Shown: positions 1 through 9,029 of the stretch, in pieces
Layout: every line of letters starts with the position of its first letter
Position numbering within the stretch: position 1 is the stretch's first letter
Virus record (IMG/VR): IMGVR_UViG_3300020045_004509
Location: 58,707-122,706 of that record
Origin: a virus
Length of the DNA stretch: 64,000 bases
Strand: one strand, 5' to 3'
Notes under the pieces: generated by a model
Database searches by the model: none
What the model saw: only the letters and a program-made list of their open reading frames with translations
What the model was told of the DNA's origin: nothing
Position numbers and translations under genes: made by a program

Positions 1-1053
1 TTTTACCGAAATGAATACCTTTCCATAGATTGGATTTGCTAAAGTTTCCCCCCCAAATACAGCAATAGTATCTAAAGGATAGATAGCAGAAATGATAGAT
101 TCATAATCCTTTTCTGTGACAGCCCGATCTTGCGTCAGAACTTTTGCTTGGGCGTTCAACCGAATCGAATCATTGGATTCAGAAACCATTCCTCCAAATG
201 CTTCTTGAATAAGGGTAGTTGTTACATTAGAATAACCATTTACTGAGTCTGCAAACGTAAATGATTTAGTTCCATTAGCCAAATCCCCATTAGTTACTAC
301 ATAATCAAGAATAACAATATTACCATTAGTCAATTCTGTTCCAATGATACCATCCCCAAAATATACTTCATAGTTCAGGGTTTCGTTGATCTTAACAAAA
401 TATGCATTGGTTGTTGAAGTAACATCGGTGATAGATTCATATCGTTTGAATTCAGTTACTGTTGTGGTTGTACCTGATTCTTGAACAGATACCTTCAACA
501 ATGAAATATCAACATACTTAGATGGAATAACAAAACGTTGAGGGGTTGATGTTTCCACAACATATCTAAAAGTTGTATTAGTTCCTTCATAGATACTGAT
601 CGATGGAAAGATGTATCTTCCCCCGCTTGGAAAAATTGTAATCGCTTCCCTATTGATGAATGTTGTTATATCGTTTGTTGCTAATGTTGCATTGAATCTT
701 GCATTCTTTCCTAATGTCAGAAAATCAGGAAGAGGGGTTGTTGGAAAGACTTCCAATGATACCTTTGCTTGAGGGGCAACATAAGATTTTGGGGTATATC
801 CAAGACGTTTTGCAATTAAGGATAAAGATTCTTTCTTGACAGCAGTATCCAAGAACATTTCTTGAACTAACATATTACCAATGACTGCATTGTAATGGGT
901 GTTGTATGCAAGAAGATCAATTAGAACAGATAGTCCAGAACCTTCAAAGTTGTAATCGGTGAATTCAGGTTTAGATGAAAGAAAGGTCTTTAGATTGGCT
1001 TTGATGGTGTCAAAATCAAGCTCAGTGACCCGAATATTAGATGGGATGCTCAA
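1..1053 (-). CDS. 6: Baseplate wedge subunit gp6 (runs off window start)
   Basis: Translated by hand from TTG at 1053, overlapping the gp25 stop: SIPSNIRVTELDFDTIKANLKTFLSSKPEFTDYNFEGSGLSVLIDLLAYNTHYNA, a typical gp6 N-terminus. Confidence 0.93.
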   Translation of the reverse strand, partial: MSIPSNIRVTELDFDTIKANLKTFLSSKPEFTDYNFEGSGLSVLIDLLAYNTHYNAVIGNMLVQEMFLDTAVKKESLSLIAKRLGYTPKSYVAPQAKVSLEVFPTTPLPDFLTLGKNARFNATLATNDITTFINREAITIFPSGGRYIFPSISIYEGTNTTFRYVVETSTPQRFVIPSKYVDISLLKVSVQESGTTTTVTEFKRYESITDVTSTTNAYFVKINETLNYEVYFGDGIIGTELTNGNIVILDYVVTNGDLANGTKSFTFADSVNGYSNVTTTLIQEAFGGMVSESNDSIRLNAQAKVLTQDRAVTEKDYESIISAIYPLDTIAVFGGETLANPIYGKVFISVK

Positions 1054-1469
1054 AGTGTTCTCTCCAAGAAAAACGTCGTCTTGATCGTTTCAAGGGTTCC
1101 AACAATCCTAAAAACTAACAAGACAGAAATAGCAGAATTATCTTCATCAGGACTTACTTCAACCAAAAGAACTTCTACCCTTGGTTCAAAGTTGTTGATA
1201 CAATATACAATAGTACGTTGAAGAATATCTGCAATAGTTGGGGTTAATGGTTCAAATAGTAAATCATACACTTGGGAACTAAGTTCTGGATGAAATGGTC
1301 TTTCATACATTCCAGTCATAACTAAGTTCTTGATAGACGCTATAATAGCATTCACATTTGTTTTCTTCAGAATATCATCAGAAACTGGATGTTTACCCAT
1401 TGATAAATCTAAATCAATGAATCTATTATTGGTTGTCTTGATGATTACAGAAGACATCTTATCGCTCAA
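1050..1469 (-). CDS. 25: Baseplate wedge subunit gp25
   Basis: DLDL...HPV, SIKNLVMT..YERPFHP and INNFEPRV motifs; directly upstream of gp6. Confidence 0.93.
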   Translation of the reverse strand: MSDKMSSVIIKTTNNRFIDLDLSMGKHPVSDDILKKTNVNAIIASIKNLVMTGMYERPFHPELSSQVYDLLFEPLTPTIADILQRTIVYCINNFEPRVEVLLVEVSPDEDNSAISVLLVFRIVGTLETIKTTFFLERTL

Positions 1470-1917
1470 TCATCTTATCAAAACCCAAATCACCATCTTC
1501 ATATTCATTACCGTTATCAGTTTGTTTACGTTTGATCCTTGGGGTAGATGCATCAATACCAGCGGATACATTAGCTGGGGCTTCCCCTTCTTCAGAAATG
1601 ATTCTAATAGCATGTTCAATCAGACATTCTTCTTCAGGAAGTAAAAGTTTATTTTCGATAATCAATGCTACCACATCATCAAACTTAGATACAATGTGTT
1701 CCAATCTAGCATCTAACACTTCATCATTATGTCGGGAATTCAGAAGCAACAACATAGCAGATAACTTAACAGCATAATCTACCCCATCATCCTTTTCAAG
1801 AATGTTAGATAGTTTGTCGGATACCAATTTCTGATCATCTGATTTAGGATCAAAAAATGACTGAATAAATTCGGTTGCTTGGTTCTTGTTCATGTTAGAT
1901 TTTCTGTAAATTCTCAA
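1459..1917 (-). CDS. Hypothetical protein
   Basis: 152-aa ORF coupled to its neighbours in a late operon. Confidence 0.6.
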   Translation of the reverse strand: MRIYRKSNMNKNQATEFIQSFFDPKSDDQKLVSDKLSNILEKDDGVDYAVKLSAMLLLLNSRHNDEVLDARLEHIVSKFDDVVALIIENKLLLPEEECLIEHAIRIISEEGEAPANVSAGIDASTPRIKRKQTDNGNEYEDGDLGFDKMIER

Positions 1918-2251
1918 TTGTTACTATATTTAATGTAACACAAAGTTGATCAACATTATGATTCGTCATCCCAAGAACCATAATCATTGGTATCAAATGT
2001 TCTAAAACATCAGGTTCATCTATCTTATACAATAACATATCTGTTCCAAATGCCCCAAAGCAGTTATAGAAAATAACAAGATGATTCATTATTCTTCTTA
2101 GATTCAATCCATCAATATTATATCTACGGATAGCCTTTTTGATATACATTGGACTTGCTATATCCCGATTGAACTCTTCAATAGTCAAACAAGATGAATT
2201 GGTATATGCATTCATTGCTTTTTGTAGATATTCAGCTTCGGATTTGATCAT
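1895..2251 (-). CDS. Conserved T4-like hypothetical protein
   Basis: EEF..D....YIKK..RRY and NHLVIFYNCFG resemble a family common in T4-like phages; TAAATA upstream. Confidence 0.7.
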   Translation of the reverse strand: MIKSEAEYLQKAMNAYTNSSCLTIEEFNRDIASPMYIKKAIRRYNIDGLNLRRIMNHLVIFYNCFGAFGTDMLLYKIDEPDVLEHLIPMIMVLGMTNHNVDQLCVTLNIVTIENLQKI

Positions 2252-2297
2252 GGTAAATAGTAAAGTATTTCAATTTATTATTTAAAGGAACTTTATC

Positions 2298-2738
2298 ATG
2301 GATGATCTGAATCTTGATCTATCAAGCATTATCAATAGTAGAACTTCATGGGCTATTAACAAACTCATTGCAACCAAATCATCTATTCAACCATTCTTTT
2401 CATTGGATTCATTCTTTTCTTCTTTGTCTGATGAAGATATTGAATTCCTAACAAAAGAAACAGCAAACACTAACATGGAAGATCATGCTGCATCAGAACT
2501 ATTTTTGATGAGTCTTCTTTTAGCCAAAGCAGAAGGACTTGCTACCCCTAATGATGATATTCTTGTTCAAAGATTTGAATCATTGGTGCTTTTGATTTCA
2601 TTGGAATCAATGTACCGAAAAGGGTTTGTTGATTTGGTTCGGGCGAATATGTCATTGGGGGAAGATGCTGCCCAATTGATGTTAGCAAAGACTACTGATA
2701 AGGGTCTTGCATTTTTTGAACAAGCATTGGGAGAATAA
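2298..2738 (+). CDS. Hypothetical protein
   Basis: 146-aa ORF preceded by an AAGGA RBS. Confidence 0.7.
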   Translation: MDDLNLDLSSIINSRTSWAINKLIATKSSIQPFFSLDSFFSSLSDEDIEFLTKETANTNMEDHAASELFLMSLLLAKAEGLATPNDDILVQRFESLVLLISLESMYRKGFVDLVRANMSLGEDAAQLMLAKTTDKGLAFFEQALGE

Positions 2739-2740
2739 TC

Positions 2741-3208
2741 ATGGTTGATCAAACTAACCGCAAATGTATCACATTCTATGAACTTCTGAAAATCGCTTCC
2801 GAAAAAGAAGACAAAGTTTCTTGGTTCAAGGAAAATATGAAATATGATCCAAGAATTTTTACTGTTCTTGGTTATGCCCTGAATCCAAATTTCAAGATGC
2901 CATTACCAGACGGAATGCCCCCATATATTCCATCCAATCATGTTCTTGGGGTATCCCCATTAGAAATTCTTACTACCCATAATAAGATGTATATTATGTA
3001 CAATCGGGAAACAAAACGACATCAGAAAGAGTCAATTTATGTTCAGTGGCTTGAAGATATGGCCCCTGAAGAGGCTGAACTGATGATTAGAATCAAAGAT
3101 CAGACCCTGCCAGAAGCATTTGATGGTAAGATCACTATCAATGACTATCTTCAGATTATGGGTTGGTCTAAAGAAGTCTACCAAACCCTAATTTCTAAGA
3201 GGAGTTGA
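2741..3208 (+). CDS. Conserved T4-like hypothetical protein
   Basis: YALNP.F..LPDG.PPY.P and LE...PEEAEL..RIKDQ; GGAG RBS. Confidence 0.7.
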   Translation: MVDQTNRKCITFYELLKIASEKEDKVSWFKENMKYDPRIFTVLGYALNPNFKMPLPDGMPPYIPSNHVLGVSPLEILTTHNKMYIMYNRETKRHQKESIYVQWLEDMAPEEAELMIRIKDQTLPEAFDGKITINDYLQIMGWSKEVYQTLISKRS

Positions 3209-3476
3209 TAGAAAGAACTTCTTCGAGTTGTTTTGCAATACTATCGTCTTTGGTGATGATTGTATAATCCCCAATCTTCTTAGCAAGATCATCAACAAGG
3301 GATTTCAAGCAACTATTTTGCATCAGAAAAGTTTCGTCATGATAAGCCATGTAAGACGTGTCATGAAATTCAAGAACCACTTCAAATGGTTCTTTTTCTT
3401 CGACTACTTTGATTTCTTGAGGGGTCAGAAACCAACCAAGAAACATTCCAGCAAGAAAAATTAAAATATATTCCAT
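3195..3476 (-). CDS. Small membrane-anchored hypothetical protein
   Basis: Hydrophobic N-terminus YILIFLAGMFLGWFL; coupled to denV. Confidence 0.65.
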   Translation of the reverse strand: MEYILIFLAGMFLGWFLTPQEIKVVEEKEPFEVVLEFHDTSYMAYHDETFLMQNSCLKSLVDDLAKKIGDYTIITKDDSIAKQLEEVLSINSS

Positions 3477-3925
3477 TATTGTCCTAAAAGTTGAAGAAGG
3501 GATTCGCGGGAAATTGGCTTACTGTAATACTTATACCAAGTAGGTTTCATATCAAATTTTTCGATGATACGCTGAACAATGATTGATTTAGCATCAGAAT
3601 CCATTTCCCAATTTTGATGAAATACTTTGGGGAATTCTGAAACATCAAATGTACGGTTTGGGTCAAGTTTGTAACCCCGAATTGTCAGTTCTTCAATTAG
3701 CCTTTGGTATCGATCTTGAAGAAAGGTCAGTTTGTTGTAGTGAAATTTTACATGCCCAAAATTCAAACAAAACTTAGATGGAATCAACTTAATGACATTC
3801 TGAATCGGTTTTGCATCAAGACTTCGGCGTAAAGCAGCATAGACCATTGGCAGTTCCCGATATTCGCTCATCAGATGGGAATCCAGAAGAACTTTAGGGG
3901 GAAGATTTGCATTGATTCTTGTCAT
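3476..3925 (-). CDS. denV: Pyrimidine-dimer DNA glycosylase (endonuclease V)
   Basis: MTRIN...HLMSEYRELP and F.L..GHVKF.YNKL.FL..RY..L..E...RG motifs. Confidence 0.93.
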   Translation of the reverse strand: MTRINANLPPKVLLDSHLMSEYRELPMVYAALRRSLDAKPIQNVIKLIPSKFCLNFGHVKFHYNKLTFLQDRYQRLIEELTIRGYKLDPNRTFDVSEFPKVFHQNWEMDSDAKSIIVQRIIEKFDMKPTWYKYYSKPISRESLLQLLGQ

Positions 3926-3963
3926 TTTGTTCCTTTGAAGTTTAAGATGACAAGATTATACAT
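3926..3963 (-). promoter_or_regulatory. Host sigma70-type early promoter (-10 TATAAT) with AAAGGA RBS; representative of a recurring module
   Basis: Minus strand reads gatgTATAAT...caaaggaacaaaATG. The same layout recurs near 12160, 14045, 16135, 18965, 20915, 21415, 22855, 27850, 31255 and 33185. Confidence 0.65.
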
Positions 3964-4730
3964 CAATTTCCAGTATAGTTCCCAATCGGTCTTGGAACAT
4001 CAAAAAATTCTTCTGTTGTTGTATAGTTGAACGGAACCCCAACCGCGCTTACATCAACTTCTCTTCCTATTTCCCCATACATTGGATCAATCTTAGTCTT
4101 AACTTTCGTAATAACATTGGTATCTTTATCGATCCATCCAAGATATTCAGTCTTAGCAGTAAAGACCAAAGTAGATACGATTTCCCTTCTGGTTTCCATT
4201 AGACCATCAGAAGAATCATTCAGATTGATGCCAGTCATAGTAATCGGAATATCTTGTTCAATACTAAGTTCGGGAATAGCATTGATTGTGATGTTATATT
4301 GAGGGGTAAAGTAAGGAATAATCTGTTCAATAATCTGAAACATATCATCTTGAGTCTTTGTCATGATAGATACTTCAAACGTAATCAGGTATGGAACCGG
4401 AACATATGCAGAAAGAACATTACCGCTTGTATCAGGAAGACAAGCCCGATATTGAGTAAATTTATTCAATTGTCTACTTGGATCATAATTCATCCCAACA
4501 ATTTCAAATCCAATTCTGGGTAAAGTAATCAGAACCCGCTCATCAATCTTTGCTTCTTCTTTCAACCGAAGATACCACTTTTCCCGATTACCATATGACA
4601 AAGGAACATCAATGATTTGTTCAACAACATTCAGATTATTGTATCGGGAAATCTTGATGTCCGAAAAGATTTTTCCAAATGATACAATGACCTTTTTGGT
4701 AATTGCGTGATAGTAATCGTGAGAAAGCAT
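3963..4730 (-). CDS. 15: Tail sheath stabilizer / tail completion protein gp15
   Basis: FGKIFSDI, VPLSYG, TLPRIGFEI...YDPSR, PVPY and QIIEQIIPYFTP motifs. Confidence 0.92.
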   Translation of the reverse strand: MLSHDYYHAITKKVIVSFGKIFSDIKISRYNNLNVVEQIIDVPLSYGNREKWYLRLKEEAKIDERVLITLPRIGFEIVGMNYDPSRQLNKFTQYRACLPDTSGNVLSAYVPVPYLITFEVSIMTKTQDDMFQIIEQIIPYFTPQYNITINAIPELSIEQDIPITMTGINLNDSSDGLMETRREIVSTLVFTAKTEYLGWIDKDTNVITKVKTKIDPMYGEIGREVDVSAVGVPFNYTTTEEFFDVPRPIGNYTGN

Positions 4731-4756
4731 AATAGATGAAGATAGTTATCTATTAT

Positions 4757-5044
4757 TTAGTTTGTGATAGTATCTTCAGAACCAGTAATAATAGTTGCAT
4801 CATAGACATCTGACCGAACTTTATCCCCAAGTCTTGCAACCCCTTTTCCATTACAATTTGTATCAGGGGAACAAGTAATAATAGTTGCTGTATGACCACA
4901 AGCAGCCTTTACCATATCCCCAAGTCTTGCAACCCCTTTTCCATTACAGAATACATCAGGGGATGCAGAAATGATTGTTCCTTTTTGTTTACCATGAACT
5001 TTACAAACCCCCATTGTCAAATCCCCAAGTCTTGCGGTATTCAT
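4757..5044 (-). CDS. PAAR-repeat spike tip protein (gp5.4-like)
   Basis: Three ARLGD repeats, Cys/His residues and S.DV..NG motifs. Confidence 0.9.
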   Translation of the reverse strand: MNTARLGDLTMGVCKVHGKQKGTIISASPDVFCNGKGVARLGDMVKAACGHTATIITCSPDTNCNGKGVARLGDKVRSDVYDATIITGSEDTITN

Positions 5045-5793
5045 CAGGCGTATGCTTTCAATTGAGCAAGACTTGATTCAACATCAGATGCAGCAGAAGC
5101 AACTGAATTCATTGCTGTAGTCACGGTTCCGGTCAAGGAAGAAACTGTTGATGTCAAGGCAGTTTTTACTTGCCCCATTGCATTTTCTGCCAATTCCGTT
5201 ACATCCCCCTTTACCCCAGCCGAAACAGAATCAACAAAAGAAGAAGTTCCTGATGGTAATTTAGATGCCATAGATTTCACTGACGAACATTTTGTCGCCC
5301 CAAATTTCTTAATTCCTGATACCATACCATCCATAACAGATGCAATACTATTTTTGATTGAATCTACAGATGCTTGAATATTAGTCTTGATAGAATCCAA
5401 TCCAGAAGTAAATTTGTTGATCAGGTCAATAATCTTTGTTTTCGCTGAACCAAAAAGAAGATTTACTTTTGCTAAGATAGAATCGATAAAAGATGAAACC
5501 TTTGCCACTTGTCCTTTAACAGATGCAATGACCAATGATGCCTTTTCTGTGACTGAGGTTACTGCACTCTGAATAGTGGATGTTAAAGATTTCACATTAG
5601 AAGAAAATTCTGGGGATGCATCTTTCACCAATGACCCAATAGTTCCAAATAGATTACAGTTGTCAATTGAAGTTGTCATGACATCATCCACCATAGTTTC
5701 CATTGATGTCAGACTATCGGCAGCATCAACCTTGATTTGTTGCATAGCTGCGGTTAGGGTTGCTTTGTCCATCGAATCGTTTAAAAGGGCCAT
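5044..5793 (-). CDS. Ser/Ala/Thr-rich helical hypothetical protein
   Basis: 249-aa ORF translationally coupled to the PAAR gene. Confidence 0.7.
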   Translation of the reverse strand: MALLNDSMDKATLTAAMQQIKVDAADSLTSMETMVDDVMTTSIDNCNLFGTIGSLVKDASPEFSSNVKSLTSTIQSAVTSVTEKASLVIASVKGQVAKVSSFIDSILAKVNLLFGSAKTKIIDLINKFTSGLDSIKTNIQASVDSIKNSIASVMDGMVSGIKKFGATKCSSVKSMASKLPSGTSSFVDSVSAGVKGDVTELAENAMGQVKTALTSTVSSLTGTVTTAMNSVASAASDVESSLAQLKAYA

Positions 5794-5810
5794 AGGGGTC
5801 TTTAGTTGGT

Positions 5811-7187
5811 TTATAGGGGCTTGGTATAGGTTAGTCTATTTAAACGCAACCAAGACGATTCTGATGCTGTTTGGGGGGCATTTAAAGATGGTTGAAATAG
5901 ATTCTTAAAGATTGCTTCTAAAACATTAACCACAATTGAATTTCCACATTGCATAGCAATAGCTTGATCAGTTATATTAGATGGACATTTCTTTAGATTA
6001 GCATAATCTTCAATTGTAAACCCCATAAGCTTTAATCGTTCAATTGGGGTCAACATACGAATCCGATATTGATCAGTAAAAATTCTCGGAAGATCATACT
6101 TACCTGACATCAAAGTTGGGGCTGGTCTTGCTTCAACATCCAACCTTTGCATTGTCTTATAGACAGAATAACCTTCAAGGGTAATTGGATTTGATACTAA
6201 AACTTTTGGTCGTTCTTTAGAATCCCCAGCAGTAAGAGTAACTAAAAATCCAGATTCTGGACACACAACATTATCTTGTTTATAGATAGTTGCCCCAAGG
6301 ATAAATTTATCTTCAACTAACCCTTTCTGAATGCCCCCATCAGAAATCTTATCAGACAATTCTTTCGGAAGAAATTTCATCAATCTATCCATATAGTATT
6401 TTTCATCCACAATCGGATCAAGAACATCTTTCAGAGTCTTGGATGTACGTTTACCCCTTGGGAAAGCAAATGTGCTAAATGAAATATTCTTATCATGGGT
6501 ATTATCATTCAGAATAGATACAGCGAATACCCTTTGACGAATCTGTGGTATTCCAAAATCAGTTGCAATCAAAGTATCATACTTGGTTTCATACCCCAAT
6601 GTTTCCAAAAAGTTAATCCAGATATTGAAATGGGCCAAATGTTTAGATTGAAGTAGGGCCGCTACATTTTCCATCAGAAGATATGAAGGAAGCCGATTTT
6701 CTTCTTTCAATTCAAGAAGAATCCGTTCAATTTCCCAAAGTAATGATGATGAAGTTTTTGTTCCCTTAGCTAGTCCTTTTTGTTGACCAGCAATAGAAAT
6801 TGCCTGACACGGAAATGAATATGTCAGAAGATCAATATTCGGAAGATTCTTTCCTTGAATTTCTAAAATCGATCCAAAATTATTTGATACCAAATGGCAT
6901 TTGTATAGTTCCCGAAGTTTCACTGGATTCAATTTTGATAGATTCTCATATGGATGTTTACCATCAGAAGAAAATGTAAACTTAGATAGTTCTTCTAAAA
7001 TAGTCTTATCATCAGGAATAACCATCTGTTGAATCAGATCAAGATGATGAATATACCCATACGAAATAATAGAATCAATATTCCATTCAGAAATGGCAAC
7101 TACTTCATGATTGACCCCAATATTTTTCAGGGCTTTTGTTTGGGCACCAATACCAGCAAATGTTTCAAATACTTTCAATGTTTTCAT
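5811..7187 (-). CDS. dcm: C5 cytosine DNA methyltransferase
   Basis: Motif I FAGIGA, motif IV FPCQ, motif VI ENV, motif VIII Q.RQRVF, and motifs IX/X R.LTP.E..KLMGF and GNSI.V.V. Confidence 0.95.
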   Translation of the reverse strand: MKTLKVFETFAGIGAQTKALKNIGVNHEVVAISEWNIDSIISYGYIHHLDLIQQMVIPDDKTILEELSKFTFSSDGKHPYENLSKLNPVKLRELYKCHLVSNNFGSILEIQGKNLPNIDLLTYSFPCQAISIAGQQKGLAKGTKTSSSLLWEIERILLELKEENRLPSYLLMENVAALLQSKHLAHFNIWINFLETLGYETKYDTLIATDFGIPQIRQRVFAVSILNDNTHDKNISFSTFAFPRGKRTSKTLKDVLDPIVDEKYYMDRLMKFLPKELSDKISDGGIQKGLVEDKFILGATIYKQDNVVCPESGFLVTLTAGDSKERPKVLVSNPITLEGYSVYKTMQRLDVEARPAPTLMSGKYDLPRIFTDQYRIRMLTPIERLKLMGFTIEDYANLKKCPSNITDQAIAMQCGNSIVVNVLEAIFKNLFQPSLNAPQTASESSWLRLNRLTYTKPL

Positions 7188-8506
7188 TTCAGGGTAGCCA
7201 GAGCTTTTTCAAAGTTTTGTTTAGGGGTAGTCAGATTCAGATCAACTAACTTGACAGTGTTTTCGTTAATCAAAGAATCTAACTTAGAAATTTCATCGAT
7301 AGTGCATTCATATAAAGGAATCCGAATGAATGTCTTACCATGATCCAATCCAGTCACATGTTCAAAAACAAAATCCAACAGATCACATTTGGTCATCTTC
7401 TTGAAGTTGAATGTTTCCTTGATAACTTCAGAAATAAATTTCTTCTTGTCAATCAGATATTGTAGTTCGGTTTCAATCTTTTTAACGTCATAGTTGATCT
7501 TATCTTGAAATTTAGTCAATCGGTAATCACAGAAATAAGCAATTAGTTCTGCAACAGATTTGAAGATTTTCAGTTTACCATCAATACCTAATGTAGTCAA
7601 GTTTTCTGTATGAAATTTCTGAAGTTTGAAATACTTGATTGGGTCTTTATCAATAGATTCTTTTTGCGCGCCAGTGGTTTTGATTGAGAATGAGAACCCC
7701 TGATCTGAACAAGAGTCTTCGTAGTCCTTAATCAAATCCTTATCAACCATTGTGTTCAAAGCAGTGATATACGATTCCCTTGAATACCCAACAGGTAGTT
7801 CAGAAATCTTATATGTGTACTTTCCAACGTATTCAACTATACCTAATGTTGACCATGAAGTTTCAGATTCCTTTTGGATAATACCATTGAAATGAGGAAA
7901 TGTTGGGGGAATGGGTTCATTTGCATCTAAAAACTTCTTGGGATTCTTTAGATAGTCTTTTGTTGCTTTGGTAATGTCTTTGATTGAGTGGGGCAAAATA
8001 TTGCAAGCAAAACCTACCGCTAGGCCAGATACACCATTGCAAATTACCCATGGAATAATAGGAAGATAATGAATCGGCTCGGGTGATTCTTCATCATTAG
8101 ATGATTGGGTGACTTCATTATCAATGAAAATCTTTTTGAATTCCGGGGATAATGAACAGAAAATATAACGGGCTGCTGCACTTTCTGGAATCAATCTTGA
8201 CCCAAAATTTCCATATCCCTCAAAGACAGGGCAATTATTATTCCAATCTGCGGTTAATGTAACAATAGCCCCTTCAGCAGATGCCTCCCCATGATGAAAT
8301 CCGTACTTAGCAATGCTTGCAGCCAATTCTGCACATTTTACCCGTTTTGTTGGATACTCTGTCAACATAGAATAAACCAATTTCCTAGCAGAATTTTTCA
8401 GTCCATCAATTGCAGACGGAATCGCTCGATTCTGAAGAACATACATTGAGTAATCCAGTAGATCAGTGTCAACGATTTCGGTAATAGTTTTATTAGTAAT
8501 TTTCAT
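7184..8506 (-). CDS. 52: DNA topoisomerase II subunit gp52 (GyrA/ParC-like)
   Basis: RAIP..IDGLK, HHGEAS and AAARY (catalytic Tyr); likely ATG at 8506 overlapping the gene 60 stop. Confidence 0.95.
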   Translation of the reverse strand: MKITNKTITEIVDTDLLDYSMYVLQNRAIPSAIDGLKNSARKLVYSMLTEYPTKRVKCAELAASIAKYGFHHGEASAEGAIVTLTADWNNNCPVFEGYGNFGSRLIPESAAARYIFCSLSPEFKKIFIDNEVTQSSNDEESPEPIHYLPIIPWVICNGVSGLAVGFACNILPHSIKDITKATKDYLKNPKKFLDANEPIPPTFPHFNGIIQKESETSWSTLGIVEYVGKYTYKISELPVGYSRESYITALNTMVDKDLIKDYEDSCSDQGFSFSIKTTGAQKESIDKDPIKYFKLQKFHTENLTTLGIDGKLKIFKSVAELIAYFCDYRLTKFQDKINYDVKKIETELQYLIDKKKFISEVIKETFNFKKMTKCDLLDFVFEHVTGLDHGKTFIRIPLYECTIDEISKLDSLINENTVKLVDLNLTTPKQNFEKALATLK

Positions 8507-9029
8507 TTCAACATCCATTCTTTACGGGCTTGGGCATTATCACCAAAAAACATTTTTAAGTGATCCAAGTCTTGTTTGTTCGCAGACACTTCAATCAGAT
8601 TAGAATTCACTAAACATTCCTTATATACTTCCTTTGGCATGGAACCAAGACCTTTGAAGAATTGTACATCATAACCCTTTGAATTGAACTTATCAAATTC
8701 TTCTTTTGTATAAAAAGTTTTGATGTCTTTACCCTTTTTGCAGTAGTAAAGGGGGGCAAGACAGCGATACACCCGTTTTTCTTCAAATAGCTCAGGCCAA
8801 TTTGATAGAAGATTCAATAACAACCCGAAAATATGTGACCCAATATCTCTTTTGATGTGTATTTTATAGGTAGCCGAAGCTACCCATCTTTATCTAAATC
8901 GGTAAATGCAATAATTTTACCATAGTTAATAGTAGATGTTCTTGCCGTTTTTTTGATTACGTTTTGATTTGCAAAATATGCATCCATGTTAGATTTGGTT
9001 GGTTGAATTTTCTTTATTTCTGGCTTCAT
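8503..9029 (-). CDS. 60: DNA topoisomerase II small subunit gp60, decoded via a 44-nt translational bypass (join 9029..8883 + 8838..8503; 160 aa)
   Basis: The 49-codon 5' ORF ends FTDLDKDG-stop. The 3' ORF continues SHIFGLLLNLLSNWPELF...FKGLGS. Joining them restores the TOPRIM DxDxDGSHI motif. Confidence 0.9.
8839..8887 (-). other. Ribosomal bypass element: take-off GGG 8885-8883, UAG 8882-8880, UUCG hairpin, landing GGG 8841-8839
   Basis: Minus strand reads AT GGG TAG CTTCGG CTACCTAT AAAATACACATCAAAA GAG ATATT GGG TCA. Confidence 0.88.

Noticed and set aside
8503-8823. ORF-track call of a 106-aa gene starting at TTG 8823, or a topoisomerase pseudogene
   Set aside because: It has no RBS and lacks the DxD motif. 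The matched codons, stop and hairpin explain it as the 3' part of bypassed gene 60.
8839-8882. Self-splicing intron or UAG recoding in gene 60
   Set aside because: 44 nt is too short for a group I/II core. Read-through of the UAG stays in the wrong frame and hits TGA. Other genes use TAG as a stop.
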